A DNA stretch of 64,000 nt, taken from IMG/VR virus record IMGVR_UViG_3300037991_007827, positions 1-64,000 of that record. One strand, 5' to 3'. How positions within the stretch are numbered: the first letter of the stretch is position 1; each line of letters opens with the position of its first letter. The translations under genes and the position numbers were made by a program. Source of the stretch: a virus. Its lineage: Duplodnaviria; Caudoviricetes. Below the pieces are notes generated by a model. That model did not search any database. It saw nothing but the letters and a program-made list of their open reading frames with translations, and had not been told where the DNA came from. Below are positions 48,830 to 58,935 of this stretch, one piece after another.

Positions 48830-49586
48830 AATCTAAATAACTTTCAAAACAAAATTCGGGGCTGGCACAATGATCTAAATTAGGCATATCTAAACTCCTT
48901 GCCTTATTGGAGAAACTTCTGTTGCAAATACATTTATAAGTTTGATAAGCTTCAAAGTCTTCTCTCTTTTCGTAGTAAATGCTTTTTACTTTTTGTGTCT
49001 CAAAATCATTTTGATCACAATAATTTTTAATTAAATCTTGTAAGACCACATCAAATGGCAATTGATTGTCTTCAATAAAATAAACAGGCTCAAAGAATGA
49101 ATCTTCTAACATGCATGGCTGTTTGTATGAAAATGAATTATGAAACAAATAAGAATCATAAAAAGGAATCGCAATCTTTAAATCCTTGTCATTATAAAAC
49201 TCTTTTAATCTAGCAAAATCTATCTTGCCGTTGCCTTCTGTAAAAGCTTTACTATAAATTTTGTTTAATAAAATACATCCATCAGTATTGTTTGCGAAAA
49301 TAATAACCTTATGAATGCACATAGGATTCTTTTTGTCAGGAACAATAGACATATCATCACAAACACTCATGCGCAATCCAAATACTAATTGTATTCCTAA
49401 TGCATCAGCATGTTTTTTAGCTTCAAGAAACCCGATTAAAGAATCTTCAACTAATACTACTTTGTCTAATTTATTATTCTTGGCAATATCAAAAACGCTT
49501 ACTGCACCACCGTCATCTTCAGACGGCGCATTTAAAGTCAGTATGCTTTTTCCTATACTATAATGAGACTTAAATAATGGAAGCAT
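48816..49586 (-). CDS. stand-alone PHP domain of DNA polymerase III alpha
   Basis: KSHYSIGKS, VLVEDSLIGF, VFGL, IFANNTDG..LL.KIYS; promoter at 49593-49621. Confidence 0.75.
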   Translation of the reverse strand: MLPLFKSHYSIGKSILTLNAPSEDDGGAVSVFDIAKNNKLDKVVLVEDSLIGFLEAKKHADALGIQLVFGLRMSVCDDMSIVPDKKNPMCIHKVIIFANNTDGCILLNKIYSKAFTEGNGKIDFARLKEFYNDKDLKIAIPFYDSYLFHNSFSYKQPCMLEDSFFEPVYFIEDNQLPFDVVLQDLIKNYCDQNDFETQKVKSIYYEKREDFEAYQTYKCICNRSFSNKARSLDMPNLDHCASPEFCFESYLDYESV

Positions 49587-49617
49587 ACGAATATACTACC
49601 AGAAACAATTATTAAAG

Positions 49618-50205
49618 TCAAGATTTAAATAAGAAATTTTGCCACTCTGGACGTTCTTTTACAAACGCATGAAAGAAAGGTAATGGACGAAAGCCTTTTA
49701 ACTCTTCACCTTTATAATCTTTATAAGGATATAACGTACCTTTTTGGCAATTACATTTCTTGCAAGTCATAGTTACATTGTGAGAATCTTTTGTGCCACC
49801 CTTGCTTTTAGGATAAACATGTTCTATAGACATATCTCTTATTCCAAAATGTTCGCCGCAAATTTGACACACGCCATTATATCTTTGGTATAAATATTTT
49901 AAGCTAGGTTTTCTTTTGCTTTGATAAATCCACTTTGCGTTTGTTAATATAATTGTTGGGATAGGAAACAGGCGCTTGGTTGAATTTAGAAAAGGTTGGT
50001 TCTGATAATAACATGCGCGCTCAGGATTTATCCATTCATTCCACGACAAAGGTTCACCTGAACCAGACAAGGATTGTACATTGTCAGAACAAATCAGTTT
50101 GCGAACGCCCTCTTTTGCCGTGGTGATATTAATTGGAGTCCAAAAATGAGACAATATCAGAACGATCTTATCATCAGGATCGCAAAGATACGAAGAAGAC
50201 TCCAA
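49618..50205 (-). CDS. HNH endonuclease
   Basis: CQICG...SIEHVYPKSKGG....NV...CKKCNCQKG. Confidence 0.9.
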   Translation of the reverse strand: MESSSYLCDPDDKIVLILSHFWTPINITTAKEGVRKLICSDNVQSLSGSGEPLSWNEWINPERACYYQNQPFLNSTKRLFPIPTIILTNAKWIYQSKRKPSLKYLYQRYNGVCQICGEHFGIRDMSIEHVYPKSKGGTKDSHNVTMTCKKCNCQKGTLYPYKDYKGEELKGFRPLPFFHAFVKERPEWQNFLFKS

Positions 50206-50207
50206 GA

Positions 50208-50963
50208 TTAGTCTTTCTTTTTCTTGCTAGACTCTTGGGCTTTTTTGAGCGCTTTTGGATCGGGGTAATCTTTATCTCCAGGTTTTGCTGGCTTATAGTT
50301 CTTACCCATTCTTTTCTTTTTTTTGCGAATGTTTTCCCAAAGACCTGGTTTAGATGCATCAGACTCTTCTTTTTCTTCCTTGTCGTAACCAGCTTTGCTT
50401 TTTTCTTTTTTATAGCCAGCGTGTTTCTCGCACATGCCATCGCTTTTTTCGCAATCATCGCATTCCTCTTCATCATCTTTTTTATCACCAGATTTCTTTT
50501 TCTTTTCATCAATTTTTTTCTGGAGAGCTGGAGGAAGTTTTTTCTGTTCTTTGGTTGATTCAGCTTCAGACTCATCAAGCAATTCAATTAATTCATCATC
50601 GGAAAGTTCTGATCCTTTGGTGACTTTAGTAACGCTTTTCTTAGACCACATTTTGCAAGACCAGTAACGAGCTTTCCACTTTGGCCCTGGGTTTTCGCAG
50701 TTATGACGAGCGCGGAAACTTTTGCGGCGCGCAGGGTCATCTCGTTTAATTTCCATATTAGGATCACCAAAATTTACTTTGACCACATTACCTTTTTCAT
50801 TCTTAACATATACTGAAAACTTCTTAGGTCCACCTGAAGTTCTGAAAGGTTTGTTTAGCTTTTTACCCTTCTCTTTTTCGGCTGCCCACGCTTCATTAGT
50901 AATGCTTTCTTCAAAACCTTCTGGTTTTTGTTTTTTAATTTGATCAGAAAAATCGAGTTCCAT
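50208..50963 (-). CDS. conserved basic phage protein
   Basis: GGPKKFSVYVKN..GNVVKVNFGDP...RRKSFRARHNC...ARYWSC and KPGLWENIRKK modules. Confidence 0.75.
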   Translation of the reverse strand: MELDFSDQIKKQKPEGFEESITNEAWAAEKEKGKKLNKPFRTSGGPKKFSVYVKNEKGNVVKVNFGDPNMEIKRDDPARRKSFRARHNCENPGPKWKARYWSCKMWSKKSVTKVTKGSELSDDELIELLDESEAESTKEQKKLPPALQKKIDEKKKKSGDKKDDEEECDDCEKSDGMCEKHAGYKKEKSKAGYDKEEKEESDASKPGLWENIRKKKKRMGKNYKPAKPGDKDYPDPKALKKAQESSKKKKD

Positions 50964-50971
50964 GCTATTTT

Positions 50972-51361
50972 TTACACTTTGTCTTTAGATTTTAGAATTA
51001 AATTTATTATTTTTTTATCAATTTTATACGGGAATGAATGTAGGGAATCAATATCAAACCATCCATACTCTTCATGTTCAAAATTTAAATTAGGAAAAAC
51101 CAAATCGTCAAAGCGTGTGGCAAACAAAACTAGATCATTGATTGACCCAATTTCCACTAAAGGATTTTCGATAGTTAATTCTGTTTCTTCAAACAATTCT
51201 CGTTCAGCTGCATCACTTTCTAATTCCCCTTCTTCCATCGCACCAACAAAAACAGACCAATAGCCTGGATAGGGCAATAATTCCCCTTTGTAAAATTCAA
51301 TGCGCTTGGCTAACAGTACGCTATTATTATGAATAACAATAATTCCTGCATATTTACTCAT
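50972..51361 (-). CDS. NUDIX hydrolase
   Basis: GAMEEGELESDAAERELFEETE Nudix box. Confidence 0.85.
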   Translation of the reverse strand: MSKYAGIIVIHNNSVLLAKRIEFYKGELLPYPGYWSVFVGAMEEGELESDAAERELFEETELTIENPLVEIGSINDLVLFATRFDDLVFPNLNFEHEEYGWFDIDSLHSFPYKIDKKIINLILKSKDKV

Positions 51362-52515
51362 AATGTGAATTCATCTTCTATTTCTTCGTGGTTATAACTT
51401 TGATCATGTCTTGGGCATCCGTTGTACTTCATCTTTTCTATTGTATAGCCATCTTTCATTTTTTCAAGCAGAGAATCTTTATCATCTAAATATGCGCTCC
51501 CTTTAGGATTACCGTCTTCATCTTTTAGTAGCCAATAATCAAAGCCAAATTTAAAAGCGCAATGCCATTTTATTGAGCCGTCTTTTTTAAGCTCGCCTGG
51601 ATATGTTGCAAAGCCACATTGAAGTCTATCGCAAAATCCTGAACCAGAAGGTGGGAAGCCTCTATCGTAAGCGTAGTTTTCCTTGGCGTTCTCTTCATCA
51701 AAGTTATCAATATAATTCTGCCACTCAGTTAATTCATATTCAAAACCTTCAAGTTCCGCATTTGATAGTGGGCGCATCGATAAAACTCCTTCGCCAGATT
51801 CACCCAAGAGATCATTGCCAAGGTCAAACTTTAAGAATAAAAACTCGCATTGCCTTTCATCGTATTCGGGGAATAAAATCTTAGTTGCTAAAGAGTAAAT
51901 TAAATCTTGAAGATTATTATCTATTTCTTCGCCCTTGAATACTTCTTTACTTGTTTTGAAGTCACGAATAAGCGCCACACCTTTTTCTTTATAAAGAAAT
52001 AGTTTATCTATAAACCCATTGATGTGGTATCTTTTATCATCTTCATTAACAATAATGTTAAAACTCTTCTCTGAATATTCCTCTGAAACTCTTCCTATTT
52101 TTCCGCCAAAGTAATCATACTCTAGCCCGTTAAAGGTCATGCTTTTTATTAGATCTATATTTTCTGGGTCATCAACGTTAAGTTTTTTTGCCCAAATCTC
52201 TACAAGCCTTTTGATTGAAGGTACGGAAAAAATGTCTTTAGATTTAATAATCCTGTCGTAATACTCTTTACGCTCAGGAATGCACAATAGTTCAAGAACT
52301 AAGTGACAGATTGTTCCGCGAGATGCCCCATCATTAGATGTATCAGGCAGCTTTAGTTTATATTTGCACCAATATTTCCACGAACATTCTTTAGCAGTCT
52401 TAAGTCTGCTTGCGGAAAGCCTTGTCATTTCTTGATCAGACATTTTCTTTAATAATTTTAATGTTATTAGATAGTTCTTTAGAAAGTAAACCTTCTTGCT
52501 CCATTTTACTTGCAA
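51358..52515 (-). CDS. PD-(D/E)xK exonuclease (RecB/Cas4-like)
   Basis: LSASRL...C.W, RGTICH, GFIDKL, DFKTSK; true start probably MSDQEM. Confidence 0.8.
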   Translation of the reverse strand: MQVKWSKKVYFLKNYLITLKLLKKMSDQEMTRLSASRLKTAKECSWKYWCKYKLKLPDTSNDGASRGTICHLVLELLCIPERKEYYDRIIKSKDIFSVPSIKRLVEIWAKKLNVDDPENIDLIKSMTFNGLEYDYFGGKIGRVSEEYSEKSFNIIVNEDDKRYHINGFIDKLFLYKEKGVALIRDFKTSKEVFKGEEIDNNLQDLIYSLATKILFPEYDERQCEFLFLKFDLGNDLLGESGEGVLSMRPLSNAELEGFEYELTEWQNYIDNFDEENAKENYAYDRGFPPSGSGFCDRLQCGFATYPGELKKDGSIKWHCAFKFGFDYWLLKDEDGNPKGSAYLDDKDSLLEKMKDGYTIEKMKYNGCPRHDQSYNHEEIEDEFTL

Positions 52516-53515
52516 AAGAAAGAATTTGTTCTGCGCGATTTTTTAAGTCACACTTGCATTTTTGATCCCATTCTAAAAAATCATGAGGCTCCATTTCTCC
52601 AAAGTCAGTTTTCGTGGGAAGGCATACAAAAAGCTTTTCAAAGTCAAAGTGATTTAATAACTTTAAATAATTTTTGATTGCCGCCCTTGCTCCACGATTT
52701 TCTTTTTTGTCGTAGTCGTTGTTGAATGATATTATTATACGATCTACATCCAAAGAAATCAAGTGGCATAGTAATTTAGATGAAATATCCAAACCGAAAG
52801 ATACTAATGTATTATAGAAATTATTTTGATGAAGGTTAAGTAAATCACCAATGCTTTCACATATAATAACCGATCTAGACTCTTCAATTGCATCACGGAC
52901 ATTCAAATGGTCATCAGATGGAACATAATAAGGATAAATCCAATTAGTTTTTCTTCCAATATGCTTCCACTTTGGTGCATTTTCTCTTTGAGCCATGTCT
53001 CTTCCAGAAAACCCATGTATTTTTCCATCTGAATTATAGATGGGGAAAACAAATCTTTGATACATTTGACCTTGCGTCGCAAGACCGCCCCTCAAAGAAA
53101 CAAGAGTTTGAGTTTTGATTCCTTTTTTGTTATAGAAATCATAATGAGGAAATAAATCCTCAAGCATCGATTCTTCATATAGTTTTTCCATATCTAATCT
53201 ATCTTCTTGAGTATAAGTTCTTGGTTGAGGGTTATGATATTCAACAGAAAGATACTTCTCAATAATTGATTTATCATTAGACCCAAAATGCACTTCAAGT
53301 AATTTAACAAAAGGTAATGCAACAGTGCCTTCGACAAAGTCCCGCCAAACCCCACTGTTCTTCCAAATCTGAAGCGCGGTCTGGTTGTCGCCATTTCGAT
53401 AAGCAGCGTTTGCATGCCAATACTTTCCTCGATCAGTAAGCTTGTAACCAAGCTCCTCTAGGATTTCTTGTAATCTGTCAGGCGATAAATTATAAATCGA
53501 AGTCGCCATCTTCAT
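52436..53515 (-). CDS. DNA primase (DnaG-like TOPRIM)
   Basis: RFVFPIY..GKIHGFSGR, PKW, IICESIGD, FNND, DFGEM. Confidence 0.85.
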   Translation of the reverse strand: MKMATSIYNLSPDRLQEILEELGYKLTDRGKYWHANAAYRNGDNQTALQIWKNSGVWRDFVEGTVALPFVKLLEVHFGSNDKSIIEKYLSVEYHNPQPRTYTQEDRLDMEKLYEESMLEDLFPHYDFYNKKGIKTQTLVSLRGGLATQGQMYQRFVFPIYNSDGKIHGFSGRDMAQRENAPKWKHIGRKTNWIYPYYVPSDDHLNVRDAIEESRSVIICESIGDLLNLHQNNFYNTLVSFGLDISSKLLCHLISLDVDRIIISFNNDYDKKENRGARAAIKNYLKLLNHFDFEKLFVCLPTKTDFGEMEPHDFLEWDQKCKCDLKNRAEQILSFASKMEQEGLLSKELSNNIKIIKENV

Positions 53516-55070
53516 CAGGGGTTATACCATTAACTCTCATTTGCTCTGCCATGTCGCGCAAATCACCAACCTCTTCCACGCCAAAATTATCCATTCTTAA
53601 GAAGATGCAATTCTGTTCTGGCCTGTCATTGCCAACTGCCTGTCCATCATCATCAATAGCTGGAATCAAAACAGGTTCAGAGGCTCTCAGCCTGTCTTCT
53701 CCGAGGTGACGATTTTTAATGCACTTCAAACGATGAGTTGCATGAGCATAAGAATCAGGTTCAATCTGCAATTCTCTAGGTAAACGAGGGCGCAAGATAA
53801 ATAAGTGAGACGCAAACTGAGTAATTTGGTCGGACAGAGACACGATGCTTTCATCATCAACAATTGCATCGGGGTGACGATTTGCTGTGATACCAGAACG
53901 ATTACTTTGAACACTAGTTATCATACTGATCAGTGGTCTACCATTATGTGTGATCTCTTTATGAATCATGTTCTTGCACTTGTCCACAAAGTCTGCCACA
54001 AACTGCCAAGAAGCTTTATTCTGATCGTTTTGGTTGGTTGCCTTGATGTAATCGTAACTAAAAAGCATACTATTTCCACGTCCAATTTGTGAATAATAGT
54101 ATCTCTTTGCAATCTGCAACATCTCATCGCAAGTCAAACCCCCAACATTATAATAATCAAAACGCATGCCTTTAGCATATTCAAACGCTTGATAAACTTT
54201 TTGACGAGTCTCTTCTTCAGAAACTTCTTGTCTCGTAATTGGATCAATGTAGCTAGAACTTCTCCACTTGCCACTCTCGATTAAATACATTGGCACTCCT
54301 GAAATAGCAGAGCATTGTCGCATCTGTAGCTCAAGCTTGCTCATCTCTCCATTATCAAAATGGAGCACAGGCAAACCATGCTCTTTGGACATTTTGGTCA
54401 CAAAATCTATACAAAATGTAGTTTTACCAACACCTGTTCTTGCGCAAATCACAGTTATATTTCCTGGCCTTGCCAAAGATCCATACATGCTATTGGTACG
54501 AGGCATATGCGGCGCAAGAAATCCTGGATCTCTAGGATTGTCTGCTAGATCTTCAATAACATCTGGCAGGTCTTCATAAATGTTTTCGGGCTTTACATCT
54601 TCTTTACATAATAAATTGATTTGATCGTTATACAGTTTATCATATTTCCTTACGACCTCAGTGAGGTTAGGCTCTGGATCGTTTTTGACCTGAGAGGATA
54701 TCTCTTCACAAATCTCTTTGATCCCCCTTTTTGCAGACAAGTTTTTTAATTCTTTTGCTATTCCAATAGCCGCTTTTGATGAAACCTTCTTTAATAAAAG
54801 AGAACGAACATAATCACCAACATCAATATTATCAACAAATGATATGTTTGCGGATTTTAATCTTTCAATAATTACAACATCATCTAAAGCTTCTGCATTT
54901 GCATTAGACAATATATTTTTTATTACTCTGAATATGGTTCTATGAACAAAACTTCCATTTTGAACATAAAAATCACTCTCATCTATTAAACCCGCTATGT
55001 CCCCGTACGAACTTGGGTATTGCATTAAGCACGATAATAGCTGTTTTTCAAGCTCCTTTGAATTTAACAT
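53490..55070 (-). CDS. dnaB: replicative DNA helicase, DnaB-like
   Basis: N-terminal DnaB domain, ARTGVGKT, GEM, YDYIK, QSNR, KNRHLG; promoter at 55077-55105. Confidence 0.88.
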   Translation of the reverse strand: MLNSKELEKQLLSCLMQYPSSYGDIAGLIDESDFYVQNGSFVHRTIFRVIKNILSNANAEALDDVVIIERLKSANISFVDNIDVGDYVRSLLLKKVSSKAAIGIAKELKNLSAKRGIKEICEEISSQVKNDPEPNLTEVVRKYDKLYNDQINLLCKEDVKPENIYEDLPDVIEDLADNPRDPGFLAPHMPRTNSMYGSLARPGNITVICARTGVGKTTFCIDFVTKMSKEHGLPVLHFDNGEMSKLELQMRQCSAISGVPMYLIESGKWRSSSYIDPITRQEVSEEETRQKVYQAFEYAKGMRFDYYNVGGLTCDEMLQIAKRYYYSQIGRGNSMLFSYDYIKATNQNDQNKASWQFVADFVDKCKNMIHKEITHNGRPLISMITSVQSNRSGITANRHPDAIVDDESIVSLSDQITQFASHLFILRPRLPRELQIEPDSYAHATHRLKCIKNRHLGEDRLRASEPVLIPAIDDDGQAVGNDRPEQNCIFLRMDNFGVEEVGDLRDMAEQMRVNGITPDEDGDFDL

Positions 55071-55114
55071 GCCCTAATGTTAACAAATGCTATAGCAAAA
55101 GTCAATAAAAAAAA

Positions 55115-55378
55115 TCAATTAATTTCACCACCGCCATTTGGGTATTCAGATTCTTCAAGCTGTATGAGATATTTTTCCAATGCTTTTCTTAGCCCAAGAT
55201 CGATGATTTGATTATCAGCTTTAGTGTAAACCATAGGCTCGCCGTCTTGATTTACAAAAGCTAATACGAATCCACGATTGCCATCTGTAGAACCAGAAAA
55301 CTCAAATAATTGCTCAAGAAAACTTTCGGGCAAATTAAAGCGAGGTAAATTTTGTTCGTTAAAATCCTCGTTGTTCAT
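55115..55378 (-). CDS. hypothetical protein
   Basis: GTGTA motif 14 nt upstream. Confidence 0.65.
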   Translation of the reverse strand: MNNEDFNEQNLPRFNLPESFLEQLFEFSGSTDGNRGFVLAFVNQDGEPMVYTKADNQIIDLGLRKALEKYLIQLEESEYPNGGGEIN

Positions 55379-55396
55379 AAACTATTATACACTTAA

Positions 55397-55822
55397 TCAT
55401 AGATGAACTCCAAATTCAGCGAAAGTTTTTTTATTTAATTGATCTTTAATTGAGCCTTTTTTATCTGCATATATTTCAATCAGAGTAATATCATTAAGTT
55501 CACAGAAATCTCTTTTTTGTTGATCTCTTCTGATGTGACTAATGAATCCAGCCCTGCGCTTATGAAAGAATGGAGTATATTGATCGTGTTGTTTGCCATG
55601 AATTTCAACGACAACTTTCTTATTGGCATTGTAAAAATCGAAATTTAAACGGCTGCCAGCAACAGGAAACTCCTCGAATACAATATGGTTAGACCAATAC
55701 TTCTTTAAGAACTGCTTGGCTTCAAATTGAATTTTACTTTTGCTTTTTGCGCTCCAATCAATTAGATACTTTTTGGCGCGCGTAACTCTCTTTTCAGAGC
55801 CTGTTAAAGTTTTAAAGATCAA
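55397..55822 (-). CDS. DUF559/Vsr-like endonuclease
   Basis: FDFY....VVEIHGKQH...RD..K..FC..N.I.LIEI. Confidence 0.75.
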   Translation of the reverse strand: MIFKTLTGSEKRVTRAKKYLIDWSAKSKSKIQFEAKQFLKKYWSNHIVFEEFPVAGSRLNFDFYNANKKVVVEIHGKQHDQYTPFFHKRRAGFISHIRRDQQKRDFCELNDITLIEIYADKKGSIKDQLNKKTFAEFGVHL

Positions 55823-55825
55823 TTT

Positions 55826-56572
55826 TTATCCTGATCTATGACCTTTATCGTGAAAGAAGTACTCTTCATAATTTAAAGGCGCGCCAAAAATAGTATTAAG
55901 TCCACAGCATTTTAACTTGTCTTTATTTAATTCAATAAGAACGTCAAATATATAACCATCGTCCCAACGATATTTCTTGAACGCTTCGCCTGATGTGAAA
56001 ATTTCAAGAAATGCACGTATGAAATTTTTTCCTGCTGCTCTAAGGTTAAAACTGATAATCCCTGTATCCGTAAACATCCAACCCGAAAAGTTTTTTCTAG
56101 AAATTGAGCATATGTCATACTGTGATATAAAATCTGTAAATTTTTGATCTAAAGGTTTTTGAACCAAAATATCTGAATCCAGCCATATTAATAAATCTGA
56201 TTTACATTTTTCAGCAACAACAAACAGTGAGCAAACTTTTCTAAACCAAAATATAGCATTTCGATTCCAATAATGATTGTTCGATAAGTATTCGTGAGTA
56301 TTGTTTAAATACTCTTGGGTGTCTTGCTTGCCAATCTTATGACAATTTTTAAATTCAGACTCCTCAAGAAAAGATTTTAAATCAGGTATCGCTTTGAATA
56401 AATCAATGTTAATTGCGCCTTCAACATTTACATTTTCATCAAGAAATGAATTTTCATTACATACATAAAAATCATAATCCTTGCAATGCTTGAGTGTTGA
56501 ATCAATTACATGTTGATTTTTTGAATCAAGTATATTTTTATTGAGGCTTGTGACTATTGATATGTTTGACAT
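55826..56572 (-). CDS. GT-A-fold glycosyltransferase-like protein
   Basis: F.RKV...LIWLDSD, DTG...FN, WDD.YIFD. Confidence 0.65.
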   Translation of the reverse strand: MSNISIVTSLNKNILDSKNQHVIDSTLKHCKDYDFYVCNENSFLDENVNVEGAINIDLFKAIPDLKSFLEESEFKNCHKIGKQDTQEYLNNTHEYLSNNHYWNRNAIFWFRKVCSLFVVAEKCKSDLLIWLDSDILVQKPLDQKFTDFISQYDICSISRKNFSGWMFTDTGIISFNLRAAGKNFIRAFLEIFTSGEAFKKYRWDDGYIFDVLIELNKDKLKCCGLNTIFGAPLNYEEYFFHDKGHRSG

Positions 56573-57237
56573 TATAGTATCATCATTTTTTCGTGACCAA
56601 CAATAATATTAGGATCAATGTAAGTCTTGAATCCTTTTTCTGCGGCTCGATGCATAAATCCACAATCAGTTGTTGTCATTTCTTTTACGTCTCCAATTTC
56701 AAGCCACGTTGGTTGCACCCAAGGATAATCAAGGGACTCAAAGACACCCTTCTTAACTAGCAACCACCCAAAGCCTGTGTAGGAAACAGGAAATATATCT
56801 TTGCGCCCTTCAATATCTTTCGGGGTTAAGAATTTAAAATATCCATTTTCTTTAAAGAAATTAAGATCCCAATCTTCTACTGTAGCAAATAGATTTCCGC
56901 CCTGCATTAAGTACAAACCTGAAAGTATATCAACTTTCGTTTCTTGAGCTTTCTTTAATAATTGAAAAAAATGATCTGGTTTAAAAACTTGATCACTATC
57001 AATCCACATGATGTAATCATAATCTACATTTCCCTGAAAAGGCTTTTGGTTTTTACCTTTAAGGGTGTCACCACCCAAACAACTGTTACATACAAAATAT
57101 CTATTAACATGATACTTTTGAGACAAGCCCCATTGTATATTGTGCTTGGGCAATTCGTTAATTAAATCAGTCCAACTCAATAAAAAGTTATTGCTGAACT
57201 CTCTTCCTGGAAGACAAAATATTATTTTCATTCGCAA
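56572..57237 (-). CDS. GT2-like glycosyltransferase
   Basis: YIMWIDSD, SGLY, TGFGWLL.KKGVFE, VGHEK. Confidence 0.7.
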   Translation of the reverse strand: MRMKIIFCLPGREFSNNFLLSWTDLINELPKHNIQWGLSQKYHVNRYFVCNSCLGGDTLKGKNQKPFQGNVDYDYIMWIDSDQVFKPDHFFQLLKKAQETKVDILSGLYLMQGGNLFATVEDWDLNFFKENGYFKFLTPKDIEGRKDIFPVSYTGFGWLLVKKGVFESLDYPWVQPTWLEIGDVKEMTTTDCGFMHRAAEKGFKTYIDPNIIVGHEKMMIL

Positions 57238-58331
57238 ACTATGTTTTTAAAATAAGTTCCTAAGAAACCACTAAGGTTTTCGTTCTCTTCAAGTAACGCA
57301 CTCAATTTCGCTTCGCCTTGTATCTTTTCGGGAAACTCAAGCTCATTCTCTTTCAACAATTCAAGAAAAGATTCATCAGCAGTAATCCATGCTCCGCGTT
57401 TATGAATGTATTCCCAACCATAAAGCATATCAATAATTTCTTTCTCAATCCAAATGGAGTTTCCATTGCTTCTACCATAACGAATTGGATATTGAAGCAT
57501 ATAATTACTTTTTTCATTTGGGGATTTCTTTACTGTGATCTTAGCGTGATGCCCCAAAATCTTATTCTTGTCCTTGTCAATAGGCTGAGTAGGATTCTCA
57601 AGAATCAAATCTTTTTTATGACGCGCCTCAAATTCAAGAATGTAATTTGCAAAGTGAAGAAGAGCATTACCACCTGTTGCGCTTGTTTGACGAATCGGGG
57701 CTTTGCTATATGGATCTAATTTAATATCTGCTCTTACTTGAGAAATAAAAATTGCCATATGTCCACGCTTCGCTAATGCAATACTCATCTTTTGCATAAA
57801 CTTTGCACCAAGTAATGCGCCGCCAGCAACTTTATGAGCGTCTTGAAAGTCTTTATTTAGATCTTCCTTCATAATTAAACCATCAAGAGAGTCTAAGATA
57901 AAGCAATACTTTGTTTTGTTTTCATTGTCTCCGACAAGCGCGCGCATTAAATCAAGAACAGTCTCATAAATATTACTTTCAAAAATAAAACAATTACCAT
58001 CTTTCCATTTGTCTTCTTCTGTAGTAAATTTTACTCCACTTCTTTCACGCATCTCTTTCGAGAGTCTGCCTTCTGCCTTGATATAAAGACCTCTTGAATT
58101 TTTCATAGACAGAAAGTTCTTCATAACCTCTAAGGCTTCAGAAGTCTTGCCACCTTCGTTCATGCCGACAAAGCGATGAAGACCTGGGCCAAAACCCCCG
58201 CCTAATTCAAAATCAACATTAAGACTGCCACTGGAAACCTTGTAGTCAATTTCGTCTTCGTAATTATAATGATGATCCTTATTTTCTTTAAGGAACGACT
58301 TTAACATATCATTTGCTGTACTCATAATCAA
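57228..58331 (-). CDS. recA: RecA/UvsX-like recombinase
   Basis: SSGSL.VD..LGGG, G.NEGGKT, ILDSL, FISQVR, TGGNAL.H.A. Confidence 0.85.
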   Translation of the reverse strand: MIMSTANDMLKSFLKENKDHHYNYEDEIDYKVSSGSLNVDFELGGGFGPGLHRFVGMNEGGKTSEALEVMKNFLSMKNSRGLYIKAEGRLSKEMRERSGVKFTTEEDKWKDGNCFIFESNIYETVLDLMRALVGDNENKTKYCFILDSLDGLIMKEDLNKDFQDAHKVAGGALLGAKFMQKMSIALAKRGHMAIFISQVRADIKLDPYSKAPIRQTSATGGNALLHFANYILEFEARHKKDLILENPTQPIDKDKNKILGHHAKITVKKSPNEKSNYMLQYPIRYGRSNGNSIWIEKEIIDMLYGWEYIHKRGAWITADESFLELLKENELEFPEKIQGEAKLSALLEENENLSGFLGTYFKNIVCE

Positions 58332-58876
58332 TAAAAGTCCCAGATATTCTTCTTCTTCTTTTCTCTGGGTGTAATGTTTTCGGGTTTATAGTTATATTCA
58401 AACTTAGTATAACAATCTTTTCGGGTAAAGTCAAGGTATTTTTGGTGAATATATTTTTCGTTCTTACCAATATAAAAAAGAATATCATCTTTTGGCTCAC
58501 CAAAGTCAACAGTTAGCCAGAAATCTAAATTAGGATATTTTTTAAATATGCTTTTCAATACTTTCATTTGTTTTGAATAACAATATTTATCTTTTAAACA
58601 GTTGGGGCTGACTAATCTTTTTAAAATTTTCTTTGAATTATCTGTGAATGCAAATGCATTGATAAAATTATTAATAACTTCTTCAGATAAAGGTTCTTGA
58701 TCTTCTGTTTTACTATACCCCGATTTCCATGTGCCTTTTTTTAATTTAGTATACCAATTATATACTGTACTCTGAGAATAACCTAGCTTCTTGCAACAAT
58801 CTTTTAATGAAAAAGAAGGATTTTCCTGCGCAAGAGACGCTACTTCTTTAAGTAAAGAGTTTGAAATTTTAGGCAT
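58328..58876 (-). CDS. HTH-containing hypothetical protein
   Basis: SLKDCCKKLGYSQSTVYNW; promoter at 58884-58912. Confidence 0.65.
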   Translation of the reverse strand: MPKISNSLLKEVASLAQENPSFSLKDCCKKLGYSQSTVYNWYTKLKKGTWKSGYSKTEDQEPLSEEVINNFINAFAFTDNSKKILKRLVSPNCLKDKYCYSKQMKVLKSIFKKYPNLDFWLTVDFGEPKDDILFYIGKNEKYIHQKYLDFTRKDCYTKFEYNYKPENITPREKKKKNIWDFY

Positions 58877-58935
58877 TGTGATAATTTTATCATTAATCTA
58901 GAAAAATGTCAAGCATTTTGTGTATTATATTAGAC

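Noticed and set aside
44629-49586. Split intein joining the DnaE halves
   Set aside because: No intein N-terminal block or C-terminal HN motif at either junction
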